Below are positions 28,236 through 28,288 of a stretch of 28,288 nucleotides of DNA, in pieces. The DNA comes from Fibrobacteria bacterium (GTDB lineage Bacteria > Fibrobacterota > Chitinivibrionia > Chitinivibrionales > FEN-1185): assembly GCA_037447435.1 (NCBI GenBank), contig JBBIGR010000055.1, positions 1 through 28,288 on the forward strand. Direction: 5' to 3'. Within the stretch, counting starts at the first letter, position 1, and the number at the start of each line of letters is the position of its first letter. The notes beneath the pieces are model-generated. The model did not search any database and had not been told where the DNA came from. It saw only the letters and a program-made list of their open reading frames with translations. The position numbers were made by a program, and so were the translations under genes.

Positions 28236-28288
28236 CCCGCCGTTTCTGAGATCATGTCCGTTTTCCCGGTTTAATTAAACTAAATTAT
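28236..28288. mobile_element. Right copy of the terminal inverted repeat; probable IS end
   Basis: CCCGCCGTTTCTGAGATCATGTCCGTTTTCCCGGTTTAATTAAACTAAATTA is the exact reverse complement of 1..52. Confidence 0.7.

Noticed and set aside
1..28288. Linear plasmid, phage or giant transposon defined by the terminal inverted repeats
   Set aside because: There is no replication, terminal-protein, capsid, integrase or transposase gene, and the content includes core gltX, glnS and tRNA. Contig breakage at a repeated element is the simpler explanation.

Overview
This is a 28.3-kb bacterial chromosomal segment. Its secreted CAZymes carry T9SS-type-A-like C-terminal domains, which suggests a Fibrobacterota (Chitinivibrionia/Chitinispirillia-like) or related FCB organism (inference). 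The window is bounded by a perfect 52-bp terminal inverted repeat, most likely the same end of two copies of a multicopy IS at which the assembly broke. From left to right it contains: (1) a Zn-ribbon protein, a PAS/coiled-coil protein with no output domain and a small ORF; (2) a GTAG-type REP palindrome; (3) a carbohydrate cluster of GH3, a TonB-dependent receptor, an unclassified GH6-like protein and GH116, with a 161-bp nested-palindrome MITE-like element inside it; (4) a chemosensory operon (hybrid cheA, cheW, mcp, cheB, cheR) with a sensor-less MCP and a CheB pseudo-receiver, followed by a convergent CheY-like regulator; (5) a secreted metallophosphoesterase; (6) tRNA-Ala(GGC), glnS, gltX, a TPR protein, a conserved hypothetical protein and a GH16 with an atypical EVELYE catalytic motif. 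All calls come from reading motifs by eye; no database searches were run.
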